64,000 nt of DNA from Candidatus Thorarchaeota archaeon (GCA_030612005.1 JAUWOU010000004.1:4238-68237); one strand, 5' to 3'; numbered from the stretch's first letter, positions 50,440 to 60,997 are shown. A program made the numbers and translations. Notes: generated by a model not told the origin, from the sequence alone.

Positions 50440-50922
50440 ATGGTATTGATAATTACAATGTCGACAATTGCTTCCTTTGTGTTTACAACCAGTCTGTTGA
50501 TTATGTATGCTGTTCTTGATATTCGTACAAGAAAAGTCCCAAATCAGGCACTGCTGATTGGAGGGATTACGGGCTTAGCCGTTGTTCTACGATTCAGTCA
50601 TATTGTAGACTATGCACTACTACATCTAACTGCAGCACTTGTCGCAGTGATTCTTGGATATACCTTGTTTAGAATAGGTGCATTCGGAGGTGCAGATGTG
50701 AAGGTGCTCTTTACAATTGCACTCATAAGCCCAGGTATAGAATTTGCAAGTTGGGGAAATCCGATACTGGAGGGTATTATAGCAGTAGGATTACAGCTTG
50801 TGATTACCTTACTTGTCGGATATCTAATCGCACAGAGAAAAACGGATGAAACTGGTATTATCCCACTAATTCCAATACTATTAGGTGCTTATCTTGTGGT
50901 GCAACTTATTGCTCTGTTCTAA
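50440..50922 (+). CDS. A24 prepilin-peptidase-family protein
   Basis: LDIRTRKVPN and GGADVK aspartate motifs, IPLIP. Confidence 0.82.
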   Translation: MVLIITMSTIASFVFTTSLLIMYAVLDIRTRKVPNQALLIGGITGLAVVLRFSHIVDYALLHLTAALVAVILGYTLFRIGAFGGADVKVLFTIALISPGIEFASWGNPILEGIIAVGLQLVITLLVGYLIAQRKTDETGIIPLIPILLGAYLVVQLIALF

Positions 50923-51656
50923 CGACTCTTTGTGGTAGAACTCTTTCTTGACTTAATCTCAATTCCATTCTTACCGATTGTGAATGTGTGCTTCTTGAGA
51001 CTATGTGAAGTCTGGCGCATTTTCCAGACGAGTAGGTTACGTTTCAGAGTTCCACTATCCTCGAAAAGATTGAGTGATATCAGTCCCTGAGTAACGAATT
51101 GCTCGACACCAGCTCTACTATGGGTTTCAGGGTCAATCGTTTCACTGATCAATAGTGATGTGACCTCGAGCTCTCTCAGTAATGCACTAATTCGGAATAA
51201 TTCACTACGGACTTCAGATGGTTCGTTAAATTTCATACCAAGAGCCGAAATACAGTCGATAACTAATCTCTTAGCTTTTGAGTCCTCTACTGCACGATAG
51301 ATTTCCTCAGCAAGTGTACTAACGTCAAAACCCCTGCGTAGTGCATATTTCTCAGAAGTAGGAAGTCCAGCCTTACTTGATGCTGCATCTACAATAATGA
51401 GTGCATTCTTCTTCTCAAGTTCCTCTAGATCCCATCCAAATTGTTGAGCTTCAAGTCTGAGGTCTCTTGGTCTTGTTTCAATGGTCACAAAAACACCAGG
51501 TTCATCGTACTTAGCTACACCATTATACAGAAACTGAAGACCAAATATTGTCTTACCCGAACCGGCCCCACCGGATACTAAAATGGTACTACCTTCAACA
51601 AGACCTCCCCCTATCAACTCATCAAGGCCCGATATTCCGGTTTTCGTGCGAGTCAT
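50919..51656 (-). CDS. KaiC/RAD55-like single-domain ATPase
   Basis: TGISGLDELIGGG, GGAGSGKT, RLVID, KMR. Confidence 0.88.
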   Translation of the reverse strand: MTRTKTGISGLDELIGGGLVEGSTILVSGGAGSGKTIFGLQFLYNGVAKYDEPGVFVTIETRPRDLRLEAQQFGWDLEELEKKNALIIVDAASSKAGLPTSEKYALRRGFDVSTLAEEIYRAVEDSKAKRLVIDCISALGMKFNEPSEVRSELFRISALLRELEVTSLLISETIDPETHSRAGVEQFVTQGLISLNLFEDSGTLKRNLLVWKMRQTSHSLKKHTFTIGKNGIEIKSRKSSTTKSR

Positions 51657-51659
51657 ATA

Positions 51660-52142
51660 CTAATCATCTCGTTCTTCAGGGGTTCCACTAATCTCCCAGC
51701 CTTTTACAACCGAACTCACTGGATTAATTGTAACTTTTACAACATCAGGAGATTTTCGTATTGTTTCCACTCGTTGTTTCAAATCTTGATCATTCTCACC
51801 CATTATTACAGCATGGATTATCATAGGTTCATCATCCACTGCAATCCAGAGGTATTGGTCTTCTTTGCCGAGCTCTGCTGCAAAGGTTCGAGTACGGTCC
51901 TTACTAATCTCGGGTAGTATATGTCCACCAATCTCAATGGTAAGGAGGGCAGCTGTTGTGAATCCTAGAGCCTCAGGGCGCACTAATGCACAGAATCGGG
52001 TTACTGTTTTGTTTTCTTTCAATCGTTTTGCTCTGAAGTGGATAGTAGTATCTGGTTGTTTGAGCTCTTCAGCTATCTGAGTAAATGGTCTCTTTGCATC
52101 CTGTTGTAGGATTCGAATTAAGTCTCTATCTAGCTGGTCCAT
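51660..52142 (-). CDS. Lrp/AsnC-family transcriptional regulator
   Basis: MDQLDRDLIRILQQDAKRPFTQIAEEL HTH. Confidence 0.88.
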   Translation of the reverse strand: MDQLDRDLIRILQQDAKRPFTQIAEELKQPDTTIHFRAKRLKENKTVTRFCALVRPEALGFTTAALLTIEIGGHILPEISKDRTRTFAAELGKEDQYLWIAVDDEPMIIHAVIMGENDQDLKQRVETIRKSPDVVKVTINPVSSVVKGWEISGTPEERDD

Positions 52143-52313
52143 TATGTAGACTACCACCTTCCCCGTCAAGAGGGGGTTCTGTGCACCAATTATCTTCTCT
52201 AATATATTATTAAGGATTGTTTGTGTGATTCGCAATCTATTTGGAATAAATTGAGGATTCTACTAGATATGAACACAAAACTGCAATCACTTTGTTTGAA
52301 ATCTGTAATTTTC

Positions 52314-52691
52314 TCAAGGTACTACGGGATTATTGATGATAAGGAGAATATTTTCAGGGATTGAGAAAGCATAGAGAAGAGTCCAAATCACTGTCCAAAG
52401 CATGAGATATGAGAACAGCGAGTTTGTGATCATCTTTTGCATACCCCCAAGCTGCTCAGGTTCAACTTCCAACAAGTAACGAATAACAAAGAGGGCCAGA
52501 GCATAGATCAAGAAGCCTAGCATAACACCTCTTGTGCCAGCAAAAGCTTGTCCACCGATACCACAGATTATGGCACTGATGAAGGCAAAGAGAATCTTGA
52601 CATAGTACTGCTGGTCATTTGGTGAGTCTGCCCATTTGCCAAACATTCGATTAAAGACGTTCTTTAGAGGGGTAAGGTCCATATCAATCAC
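52314..52691 (-). CDS. EMC6/Rab5ip-like three-helix membrane protein
   Basis: ISAIICGI..G..G and LFSYLMLWTVIWTLLY resemble the EMC6 pattern. Confidence 0.55.
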   Translation of the reverse strand: MIDMDLTPLKNVFNRMFGKWADSPNDQQYYVKILFAFISAIICGIGGQAFAGTRGVMLGFLIYALALFVIRYLLEVEPEQLGGMQKMITNSLFSYLMLWTVIWTLLYAFSIPENILLIINNPVVP

Positions 52692-52759
52692 TGACCAGTT
52701 GAAGGTGGTTCAATCGACTATGTTATAATCATGTCGGTTTGTTGACGATGTGAACTTCA

Positions 52760-54787
52760 ATGAAGGACTCAATGAGTAATATTGACATTCACCTTATACT
52801 ACCAGAGCTACGTGAGGCTGCAGAAGGTGCCTTCATCAAGAATGTCTACCAGTATGGAGATATCTTTGTTCTCAAGCTGTATCGGCCAGGGGGAGGCACA
52901 ACAAACCTACTCATTCACCCAGGAAGAAGAGTCCACCTTACAGAATATGCTCGTAAGGCACCACGCCAACCTCCACATTTTTGCACAGTATTAAGGAAGT
53001 ATTTGAGAGAGAAACGAGTTCTCTCAATTAAACAACACGATCTTGATAGAATTATGATTATTGAGATTGGAAGCGAGGATGAAACCTACAAGCTTGTTGC
53101 AGAGATGTTTGGAACGGGGAATATGCTTCTCTTAGACCCTAAGAATATGATTTTCGTCGCTATGCGATATAAGCGGATGAAAGATCGAAATATCATTCCA
53201 AAGGCGCAGTATCTATTCCCTCCACAAAGGGGGGAAGATTTGTTCAGTATTGATGATGATTCATTTGATCAATTGTTAGTGGATTCAAATGCTAATATAG
53301 TGAGAACACTTGCAAGCAGGTTAAATCTTGATTCACTAAGCTGTGAGGAAATATGTGCCTTATCAACAGTTTCACCCAAAGTTATGGTCCCAGAGATTGA
53401 TGGCCAAACACTCTCAGATTTGAAGAGTGGATTTGCAGAATTTACAAACAAGCTAAAGACAGGTGTATCTCAACCTAATTTGGTCCTTAATGATGAACCA
53501 TCCGAGGAAGAAGATACTTCTGACTATGTAGCATTCTTACCTTTCCAATTCCAACTCTATAATGAACTACCATCCGAAAACTTCGATACTTTTAGCAAAG
53601 CTATCGACGAGTTCTTCGGTGTATCTGATAGTGAGCTTGAAGATGAGGAACTTCAAAGCGCACTTACCAAGGAGCAGAAGCGTCTCCAAAGAATCATTGA
53701 CAAACAGGGCGAGGGAATAGGAAACCTAAAGGCAAAGGCAGACAAACTAAGGATTATAGGCGAGCTCATTTACTCTCATTTTTCTATTACTCAAGAAGTC
53801 CTTGGAACTGTGACTAAGGCCAGAGCAGACGACATTCCCTGGGATGAAATCATTCGGAGAATTGAAGAAGGAAAGACAAAGGGAATTCCATCAGCAATAA
53901 TAATTGAGAAAATAAGCCCATCACAGGGACAAATCATAGTTAACCTGAATGATTCTAAAGTAACTCTTGATGTTAGACTCACTGCTCAAGATAATGCCTC
54001 TCGTGCATACGATTTAGCAAAGAAATCTGAGGCTAAAATCAAAGGGGCCAATATACAGATTGAAAGGACAAAGGCAAAACTAGAGAAACTTGAAGTGAGT
54101 ATCGCAACAGAACCAGAAATCAAGAGGGTCCGCGTAAAAATAAGAAAGAAACGGTGGTACGAAAAGTTCCGCTGGTTCACATCATCAGAAGGCTATCTGG
54201 TTCTTGGAGGACGGGATATCAAGAGTAATGAGGATATTGCTAAGCGTCAAATGAGTGCGAACGATATCTTTCTGCATGCTGTAATTCATGGGGCACCATA
54301 CACAGTGATCAAGGTCCCCGATGAAGCACCAGGGCAGCAAACAATAGAAGAAGCTGCACAGTTTGCAGTGACTTTCTCTAGAGCATGGCAGGACGGTCTA
54401 TCAGGAGGCGACGCTTTTTGGGTAAATCCAGAGCAAGTTAGTTTCTCGCCACCATCAGGAGAACACCTGCCTACAGGTTCCGTTATGCTGTATGGAACAA
54501 AGAATTTCGTACGCAAAGTAGCTGTGGAATTGGCTGTGGGTGTATTATTGGAAGGGGACTATGCAATTGCAGTGTCTGGTCCTCCATCAGCTATAGAAGC
54601 TAATACCGAGTATTTTGTTCGAGTTATACCTGCTGATGGAAAGAAGGGACAGTTAGTCAAGGAAATACAGGCTAAGCTGAAGAAACTTGTTCCAGAAGAA
54701 CAATCTCATTTAGTCAGTCAGATTCCACAAGAAGATTTTATGCGAGCTCTTCCTGCTGGTGGTGGAAAAGTAGTAGATAAGTCATGA
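52760..54787 (+). CDS. rqcH: Ribosome quality control protein RqcH/Rqc2 (NFACT)
   Basis: LRKYL..Q.DLDRI, WYEKFRWF.SSEGYLVLGGRD, FLHAVIHGAP. Confidence 0.93.
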   Translation: MKDSMSNIDIHLILPELREAAEGAFIKNVYQYGDIFVLKLYRPGGGTTNLLIHPGRRVHLTEYARKAPRQPPHFCTVLRKYLREKRVLSIKQHDLDRIMIIEIGSEDETYKLVAEMFGTGNMLLLDPKNMIFVAMRYKRMKDRNIIPKAQYLFPPQRGEDLFSIDDDSFDQLLVDSNANIVRTLASRLNLDSLSCEEICALSTVSPKVMVPEIDGQTLSDLKSGFAEFTNKLKTGVSQPNLVLNDEPSEEEDTSDYVAFLPFQFQLYNELPSENFDTFSKAIDEFFGVSDSELEDEELQSALTKEQKRLQRIIDKQGEGIGNLKAKADKLRIIGELIYSHFSITQEVLGTVTKARADDIPWDEIIRRIEEGKTKGIPSAIIIEKISPSQGQIIVNLNDSKVTLDVRLTAQDNASRAYDLAKKSEAKIKGANIQIERTKAKLEKLEVSIATEPEIKRVRVKIRKKRWYEKFRWFTSSEGYLVLGGRDIKSNEDIAKRQMSANDIFLHAVIHGAPYTVIKVPDEAPGQQTIEEAAQFAVTFSRAWQDGLSGGDAFWVNPEQVSFSPPSGEHLPTGSVMLYGTKNFVRKVAVELAVGVLLEGDYAIAVSGPPSAIEANTEYFVRVIPADGKKGQLVKEIQAKLKKLVPEEQSHLVSQIPQEDFMRALPAGGGKVVDKS

Positions 54788-54928
54788 TTCTTTGTGAATA
54801 TGATTTGAGGTTTATACAGACGATACAGACACATTTAAAATCTGAAAAATGACAACTCAGCTTGAGAAGACACTCTGCCGGTTGGTCATTGAGTGTCAAA
54901 CCAACTTCTTACGATTGGAGGATAATTC

Positions 54929-55513
54929 GTGTCAAATCCCACTCATTCAATGTTTGTGAGAGACATCATGGCGGTCAATGTAGTATCAATGCCTCCAGAT
55001 GCATCTATATTTGAGGTTTCCAAGGCTATGGCCAAGATGGACATTGGTTCCGTTATTATAGCTGATAAGGATAGACCATTAGGAATCATCACGGAATCAG
55101 ATATCGTTAGACGTGTGATAGTTGGGGAAAAGGATACGAAGACAACTACTGCATCAGAGGTTATGTCATCGCCAATTATCCATGTAGAACCAGGAACTGG
55201 GCTTACAGATGCTATGAGGGTAATGGCAAAAAGCAACATTAGACGAGTAGCAGTATTGAAGAACAACACCCTTGCAGGCATCATTACATCAAGGGATCTT
55301 CTTCGTTGGTCACCCGAACTTATCGATATTCTAGTAGAGTCATTGCGACTCAAGGATGAAGTGGCCTCAAGTAGAACAGCGGATGTAGATGACGACCTCA
55401 TTGCTTATGGCGGCGACTGTTCAAGCTGTGGGGAATATTCAACTGACCTAGTTCTTGAGGATGGTGAATATCTCTGCGAGTCCTGCCGTGAAGGTTGGGA
55501 AGACACTGATTGA
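54929..55513 (+). CDS. CBS-pair protein with C-terminal zinc ribbon
   Basis: GIITESDI, VMSSP, GIITSRDL, CSSC...CESC. Confidence 0.9.
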   Translation: MSNPTHSMFVRDIMAVNVVSMPPDASIFEVSKAMAKMDIGSVIIADKDRPLGIITESDIVRRVIVGEKDTKTTTASEVMSSPIIHVEPGTGLTDAMRVMAKSNIRRVAVLKNNTLAGIITSRDLLRWSPELIDILVESLRLKDEVASSRTADVDDDLIAYGGDCSSCGEYSTDLVLEDGEYLCESCREGWEDTD

Positions 55514-55546
55514 TTACTCCTGTCATTCTATGATTGATATACCATA

Positions 55547-56365
55547 TTGGAGGATGTAAATATGCAAGTAAGTCAGATTATGATTGAGCCAGTTACAATA
55601 AGTAAAGATCAAAGACTCTCATATGCCCTAGAACAACTAGACAAGAAGGGTGTAGACCGACTGGTTGTTGTTCAAGATGGAGAGGTTACAGGTATCTTAA
55701 CATACGCAGACATAGCCGATCGTTTGGGAGTAAGTAAGGTTGTAGCCCTTTCAATAAAGAGACTCCATGTTTCAAGTGCAATGGCTGATACTGTCATTAC
55801 TGTTGGACCTGATGATGATGTAAATGAGGTTGCCCAACTTATGATTGAAAGAGGTATGAGTGGGTGCCCAGTGGTTAATGAAGATGGTAAACTAGTTGGT
55901 GTAATTACCAAAGTACAGATTTCCAAACTAGTAGATAGATTCGACAAGGTCAAAGTTTCCGAACTTATGACCACAGAGGATATTCTTCAAGTAAATCCTG
56001 TAACACGTTTAGTGAAAGCTCGAGGAGATATGCTTGATGCAGGATATTCTGGTCTTCCAGTGACTGATGGCGGACGTGTGCTTGGTCTGATTACTGAGAG
56101 AATGGTTGCCGAAGCAATGGCACGTTTTACTGTAGAAGTTCCAGACAAACACAGAGCAAATCAAGTGAGACAGATTCGTGTTGTGGATGCTATGAAGCAA
56201 CAGCCACCTATGGTTGCTCCTGAAGATTCCATAGCTGAGGCTGCGACTAAAATGCTTGATGCAAATCTGAATACACTCCCAGTGGTGGAAAAGGGTAACA
56301 GATTAGTCGGTATGATCAGTGCTACTGACCTAACTCGTTTCGTTGCAAACAAGTTTAAGGTGTAG
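55547..56365 (+). CDS. Four-CBS-domain protein
   Basis: Repeated PVV..G.LVG.I motifs. Confidence 0.9.
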   Translation: MEDVNMQVSQIMIEPVTISKDQRLSYALEQLDKKGVDRLVVVQDGEVTGILTYADIADRLGVSKVVALSIKRLHVSSAMADTVITVGPDDDVNEVAQLMIERGMSGCPVVNEDGKLVGVITKVQISKLVDRFDKVKVSELMTTEDILQVNPVTRLVKARGDMLDAGYSGLPVTDGGRVLGLITERMVAEAMARFTVEVPDKHRANQVRQIRVVDAMKQQPPMVAPEDSIAEAATKMLDANLNTLPVVEKGNRLVGMISATDLTRFVANKFKV

Positions 56366-56424
56366 AATGCATCTGTATATTATTGGTCACTGCGTATAAT
56401 TGACCACACCGGCGTGGTTGTCTA

Positions 56425-57729
56425 ATGGATGTAGATATAGTCCTCATAGATGGAATAGTCATTGTAAATGATAGGGAAACAGTTCGATCTCTCGCTATAG
56501 ATAGAGGAAAAATCGAGGGTTTCTATAAACACGGAGAAGAACCAGAAAGTAAAAGGAGTATTGATTGTAGAGGACTTTACATTCTTCCTGGACTTATCGA
56601 TATGCATGTACATCTTCGAGACTTGAATCAGTCAGAGAAAGAGGATTACGAAACAGGTACTATGGCTGCTGCAGCTGGCGGAATTACAACAGTTGTTGAT
56701 ATGCCAAATTCGAGTCCCCCTGTTTTAACGCGTGAAGTGCTAGACCAAAAAATTACGAGTGCTACAACTAAACGTTACGTGAACGTTGGTTTTTATGCAG
56801 GAATCGCCGAGAGATTTGACACTTCTATGGTTCCAGATATTCTTGGTTTGAAGGTATATCCACATTCACCATTAACGGACGGAGTGAATTATGATATCGA
56901 ACGGATAAGGAATTGTGTCCAACTTGCCAACAAACATAATCTCCCACTCCTTTTCCATCCAGATTCTTCAACAGAGGATGAAAAACCTGAAACAAGAGAG
57001 GAGTTCTTCCTTATTCATAGCTGTGAGAGCGAAGTCAACTCGCTTCAAGCATTTTTAGATGCAAAGGTCGAATATGAAGCAAGACTTCATGTCTGCCATG
57101 TGAGCTGTGCGGCCACTACAAGACTGATTTTGGAACATAGAGCAGAACATACCTTGACTGCAGAGGTGACACCACATCACATCTTTTTATCCGGTGGTGA
57201 TTTTTCACATGACGATGGAGTGGCCAAAATGCTACCGCCGCTCAGGTCTCCATATGACTCCCAGATGCTTGCTCAAGCATTATGCAAGAAATGTGCCATA
57301 GACTGCGTAGTTTCTGATCATGCCCCTCATATTAATTCTGAGAAGACTATGCCTTTCATTGAGGCACCTTCAGGGATTCCAGGACTTGAAACTACTTTGC
57401 CATTAATACTTACAGAAGTATTCGAGGGGAGAATCAGTTGGGTTGATTTTCTTAGGTGCTGTTGTTCTGGACCAGCTATGATACTTGGAATTCCAAGTAA
57501 GGGAATACTGACAGAAGGATATGATGCGGATATTGTTCTCGTACGTAGACAGGAATGGTATATTTCAGGAGCAGATTTCTACTCCAAAGCGAAAATCACA
57601 CCATTTGAAGGGCGCCGTGTGCTTGCAAAACCTGTGACAACAATCGTTGGTGGTGAGGTTGTCTATCATGAAGGTAGATTCATGGTTGGACCAGGAATTG
57701 TAGGAAGAGTTCCAATACGCAAAGTTTGA
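56425..57729 (+). CDS. pyrC: Dihydroorotase-family amidohydrolase
   Basis: PGLIDMHVHLR, GGITTVVDMPN, EVTPHH, SDHAPH, GIPGLET. Confidence 0.8.
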   Translation: MDVDIVLIDGIVIVNDRETVRSLAIDRGKIEGFYKHGEEPESKRSIDCRGLYILPGLIDMHVHLRDLNQSEKEDYETGTMAAAAGGITTVVDMPNSSPPVLTREVLDQKITSATTKRYVNVGFYAGIAERFDTSMVPDILGLKVYPHSPLTDGVNYDIERIRNCVQLANKHNLPLLFHPDSSTEDEKPETREEFFLIHSCESEVNSLQAFLDAKVEYEARLHVCHVSCAATTRLILEHRAEHTLTAEVTPHHIFLSGGDFSHDDGVAKMLPPLRSPYDSQMLAQALCKKCAIDCVVSDHAPHINSEKTMPFIEAPSGIPGLETTLPLILTEVFEGRISWVDFLRCCCSGPAMILGIPSKGILTEGYDADIVLVRRQEWYISGADFYSKAKITPFEGRRVLAKPVTTIVGGEVVYHEGRFMVGPGIVGRVPIRKV

Positions 57730-57783
57730 TGACTGCAAAACAAATAACGGTGAGATTTCTCAGATATAGTGAGTTGATACCAC

Positions 57784-58413
57784 ATGTCCAATGTATATTC
57801 AGATGAGCAGGGTAAATTCCTTGTTAGGCTTGCGAGAAAGACAGTAGATGACTATGTCACTCAAAAGAGGAAATCTGAAATTCCTGAGGACACGTCAGAA
57901 CAGCTTAGACTCAAATCTGGAGTGTTCGTCACTCTTAACTCCATAACTGGAAATCAAGTTTCGTTACGCGGATGTATAGGACGGCCATATCCAACTCAAC
58001 CTCTTGTTGAAGCAACTATTGATTCCTCAGTGGATTCTGCGGTTAATGACCCGCGTTTTCCAGCAGTTACTACGAAAGAACTTGATACTATCATAATTGA
58101 CCTGAGCGTCTTAACACCTCCAAAGAAAATTGAGTATTCAAATCCAGAGGATTTACTGAATCTTGTGAAAGTAGGTCGTGATGGATTGATTGCAATAAGA
58201 GGTGTGCAGCGTGGTCTTCTACTACCCCAAGTACCTGTTGACTGGAACTGGAATACTTTGGAGTTCATAAAACACACATGCAGTAAAGCAGGACTTCCAG
58301 AAAATACGTGGAAAGACCCAAAGACAGAGTTCATGTCCTTTCAAGCTGAGATATTCGGTGAGGAAACCCCTAGAGGTAATATTGTAAGAGAACCAAAACA
58401 TCCTAAATGTTAG
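57784..58413 (+). CDS. AMMECR1-domain protein
   Basis: GVFVTL, LRGCIG, DPRFP, GLLLPQV. Confidence 0.92.
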   Translation: MSNVYSDEQGKFLVRLARKTVDDYVTQKRKSEIPEDTSEQLRLKSGVFVTLNSITGNQVSLRGCIGRPYPTQPLVEATIDSSVDSAVNDPRFPAVTTKELDTIIIDLSVLTPPKKIEYSNPEDLLNLVKVGRDGLIAIRGVQRGLLLPQVPVDWNWNTLEFIKHTCSKAGLPENTWKDPKTEFMSFQAEIFGEETPRGNIVREPKHPKC

Positions 58414-58426
58414 TAGAGGTGATCAT

Positions 58427-59284
58427 GTGAACACACTCCCACCCGAGATTGTTGAAACCCTGAAGAAGTTCCTTGAAGAAGATGTTAGATCTGGAGATTT
58501 AACGACAAATGTAACAATTCCTTTGGAAAAGACAGCCCTTGCTACAATTTACGCTAGGGAGAAAGTTGTCCTTGCAGGTGTTAAAGAAGTAGAGGGCATT
58601 GCACATTTGACTGGTTTAACCTACGAAATCCTTGCATTTGAAGGGAACTGGGTAAATCCGGAAGATCCCATCATGCGACTTAGGGGGAGTGCAAGAACAC
58701 TGCTAACTGTTGAACGATTATGTTTGAATATCATTCAAAGAATGAGCGGCATAGCTACAAAGACCTATAGAATGGTGAGTATAGCAAGAGAAGAAAATCC
58801 CAAAGTGAAGATAGCGTGCACTCGAAAGACAACTCCAGGATTCAGGTTCTTCGAGAAACGTGCTGTCGTCATTGGTGGGGGAGACCCTCATAGATATGCA
58901 CTCGATGATATGATCTTAATCAAGAATAATCACATCACCGCAGTGGGAGGAGTGCATGAAGCCGTAAGTGCTGCTAGAGATGCTGTTTCATTTAGTAAGA
59001 AGATATCATGCGAGGCACGTACACTCCAAGAAGCCCAAGAGGCAATTGGTGCAGGAGCAGACATCGTGCTCCTTGACAATTTCTCACCAAAAGATGTGGG
59101 AGGAGTAGTCGAGGTTCTCAAAAGTAAGGGGCTTCGCGGTAATGTCATTCTTGAGGCTTCAGGTGGTATTGACGAAAATAATGTCAGAGAATATGCAAGA
59201 AATGAAATTGATGTGATTTCATCAGGCTCATTGACGCATTCTTACGATTCTGCAGATTTCAATATGCGACTCTCTTTGAATTAG
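58427..59284 (+). CDS. nadC: Nicotinate-nucleotide diphosphorylase (carboxylating)
   Basis: TRKTTPG, HRYALDDMILIKNNH, LLDN, EASGGI. Confidence 0.93.
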   Translation: MNTLPPEIVETLKKFLEEDVRSGDLTTNVTIPLEKTALATIYAREKVVLAGVKEVEGIAHLTGLTYEILAFEGNWVNPEDPIMRLRGSARTLLTVERLCLNIIQRMSGIATKTYRMVSIAREENPKVKIACTRKTTPGFRFFEKRAVVIGGGDPHRYALDDMILIKNNHITAVGGVHEAVSAARDAVSFSKKISCEARTLQEAQEAIGAGADIVLLDNFSPKDVGGVVEVLKSKGLRGNVILEASGGIDENNVREYARNEIDVISSGSLTHSYDSADFNMRLSLN

Positions 59285-59303
59285 CGAATTACAAAAAAAT
59301 GAG

Positions 59304-59381
59304 TGGTGCCCCGACCGGGATTTGAACCCGGGTCTACGGGTCGAAAACCCGCGATGCTGGGCCGTGCTACACTATCGGGGC
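59304..59381 (-). tRNA. tRNA-Glu (TTC), CCA encoded
   Basis: GCCCCGA/TCGGGGC acceptor, anticodon loop TT-TTC-GA, GGTTCAAATCC T arm. Confidence 0.93.
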
Positions 59382-59437
59382 CAGTTTAGCCTCGAACCTT
59401 GATTTACGGTTATTAAGATTGTGTAGAGGACCTGATT

Positions 59438-59788
59438 TTATGCACTTCGAACTACAGGGTCTTCACTAACCTTTGAGCTCTGAAGTTTTCTAGCCTCACG
59501 AAGTACTGAGCTTGGCGCGTCTTTCTTTAAACGAGACCGCGATCCAGGATTTAATTGGAGAATAAACGACCTCAAATCGGATGATGTGGGGACTCCCGAA
59601 ATCTTCTGCATTCCTGATACGAGTGTGGGAACAACGAGAATACTGTACGCTTCTGCTATGTGATAATGTTTGTCTACATTAACTTCGAATACTGATTGAT
59701 GTAGTCCAAGCTCCTCTGATTCCTCTTCTAACATAGTCTTGAGTACGTCGCACCATACACAATGATCAGAGGTGAATAACAGAATCAT
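59438..59788 (-). CDS. Thioredoxin-like protein
   Basis: CVWC motif, VPTL cis-Pro motif. Confidence 0.8.
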   Translation of the reverse strand: MILLFTSDHCVWCDVLKTMLEEESEELGLHQSVFEVNVDKHYHIAEAYSILVVPTLVSGMQKISGVPTSSDLRSFILQLNPGSRSRLKKDAPSSVLREARKLQSSKVSEDPVVRSA

Positions 59789-60004
59789 ATATACAACTCG
59801 TTCAAGTTTTCTCGTTGTTTTGTTGCAGGCATTTAAAGTCGGAGAAATCTTGAGTGTGAAATTGGATGATTTTGCTAATTCTGTATAATTCTAAGATAGC
59901 AAAATACTATCTATCGAAAGCACTTACGGTCTCATAGATACTAGCCTACATTCGCAACGTTAATATCTCAAAGTAAACGGACAAGCCTTGCCAAGCAATT
60001 TCAA

Positions 60005-60081
60005 GGGCCCGTAGCTCAGCTTGGTAGAGCAGCAGGCTCATAACCTGTCGGTCGGGAGTCCAAATCTCCCCGGGCCCACCA
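60005..60081 (+). tRNA. tRNA with CAT anticodon, probably tRNA-Ile2; CCA encoded
   Basis: GGGCCCG/CGGGCCC acceptor typical of archaeal tRNA-Ile; CT-CAT-AA loop; T loop TCCAAAT. Confidence 0.85.
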
Positions 60082-60762
60082 TATTTTCTTGATCATGTGA
60101 ATGATATTAGACAAAGCGAATTAGCTGACTAGAGACAAGACAGATATCGAAAAATGTAGTATACTAATCGGGGATTACAATGCGTAAGAGAGAACTGAGC
60201 TGTATCGTGCTCTTAGTCTTGTTTTCATTTCCTGTATTTGCTCAAGCTTTTGGAATAGAAAGATACCTTGGTGCTGGTGAATTCTACGCAGTATATAGAA
60301 ACGCAGATGCTGACTGGAGAATTGAGGGTTCTTTCTCTGTCAACAATGAGATTGAGTTTTTCATATGTGACGAAGGTAATTACACTAGATGGCAAAGAAA
60401 CGAAAGTGCAGTGCTTTATGAACACAGTATTGAAACTACTGGTCAGATGTTCAATTTTACTATTCCTTACACTTCAATATGGTATGTGATCTTTTCAAAT
60501 GTTCAATCACAAGATGTCACTAATCTGGACGCGGAACTTTACTATATAGACCAGTCAAATATCACACAAACACAAGTCACATGGACTGTTCAATCCTCAA
60601 TTGTGACTCCATTATTTATTGGATTCCTAGTGGCAGTTCTGGCCATTTTTCTTCTTGGTATTTGGTTATCAAGAAGAGGTGAACCGCAACCTGCAGTTAG
60701 ATATGACAAAATCCTACCAAAACCGAATTAATTCAAATCTCCCCGGGCCCACCATATTTTCT
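60061..60762. mobile_element. One-gene islet bounded by a 29-bp duplication of the tRNA 3' end
   Basis: CAAATCTCCCCGGGCCCACCATATTTTCT at 60061-60089 and 60734-60762. Confidence 0.75.
60180..60731 (+). CDS. Type I membrane protein with GOLD/p24-like luminal domain
   Basis: Signal peptide; IEFFICD..., FNFTIP...WYVIFSN; C-terminal TM with short tail. Confidence 0.6.
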   Translation: MRKRELSCIVLLVLFSFPVFAQAFGIERYLGAGEFYAVYRNADADWRIEGSFSVNNEIEFFICDEGNYTRWQRNESAVLYEHSIETTGQMFNFTIPYTSIWYVIFSNVQSQDVTNLDAELYYIDQSNITQTQVTWTVQSSIVTPLFIGFLVAVLAIFLLGIWLSRRGEPQPAVRYDKILPKPN

Positions 60763-60902
60763 AACGTATCTAGCTCAATAACTCCGAGATAGGCGCTAAT
60801 AAGGTATCAAACTGATAATATCATGACGATGAAGTATTCGGAGGAACTTTAGTGAGAATTCGTTAAGCAACGCCGCACCCACACCTAATTTGTTCTTTTT
60901 TC

Positions 60903-60921
60903 TGGCCTCATAGTGAGGCCA
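60903..60921. promoter_or_regulatory. Inverted repeat upstream of ZIP transporter (operator or terminator)
   Basis: TGGCCTCA-TAG-TGAGGCCA. Confidence 0.4.
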
Positions 60922-60997
60922 ACTATTTCCTATTTGAGCCATCTACAGCAATGACCTTATACTACAACGTATATCCATTCTATTCGAGGATATCACC

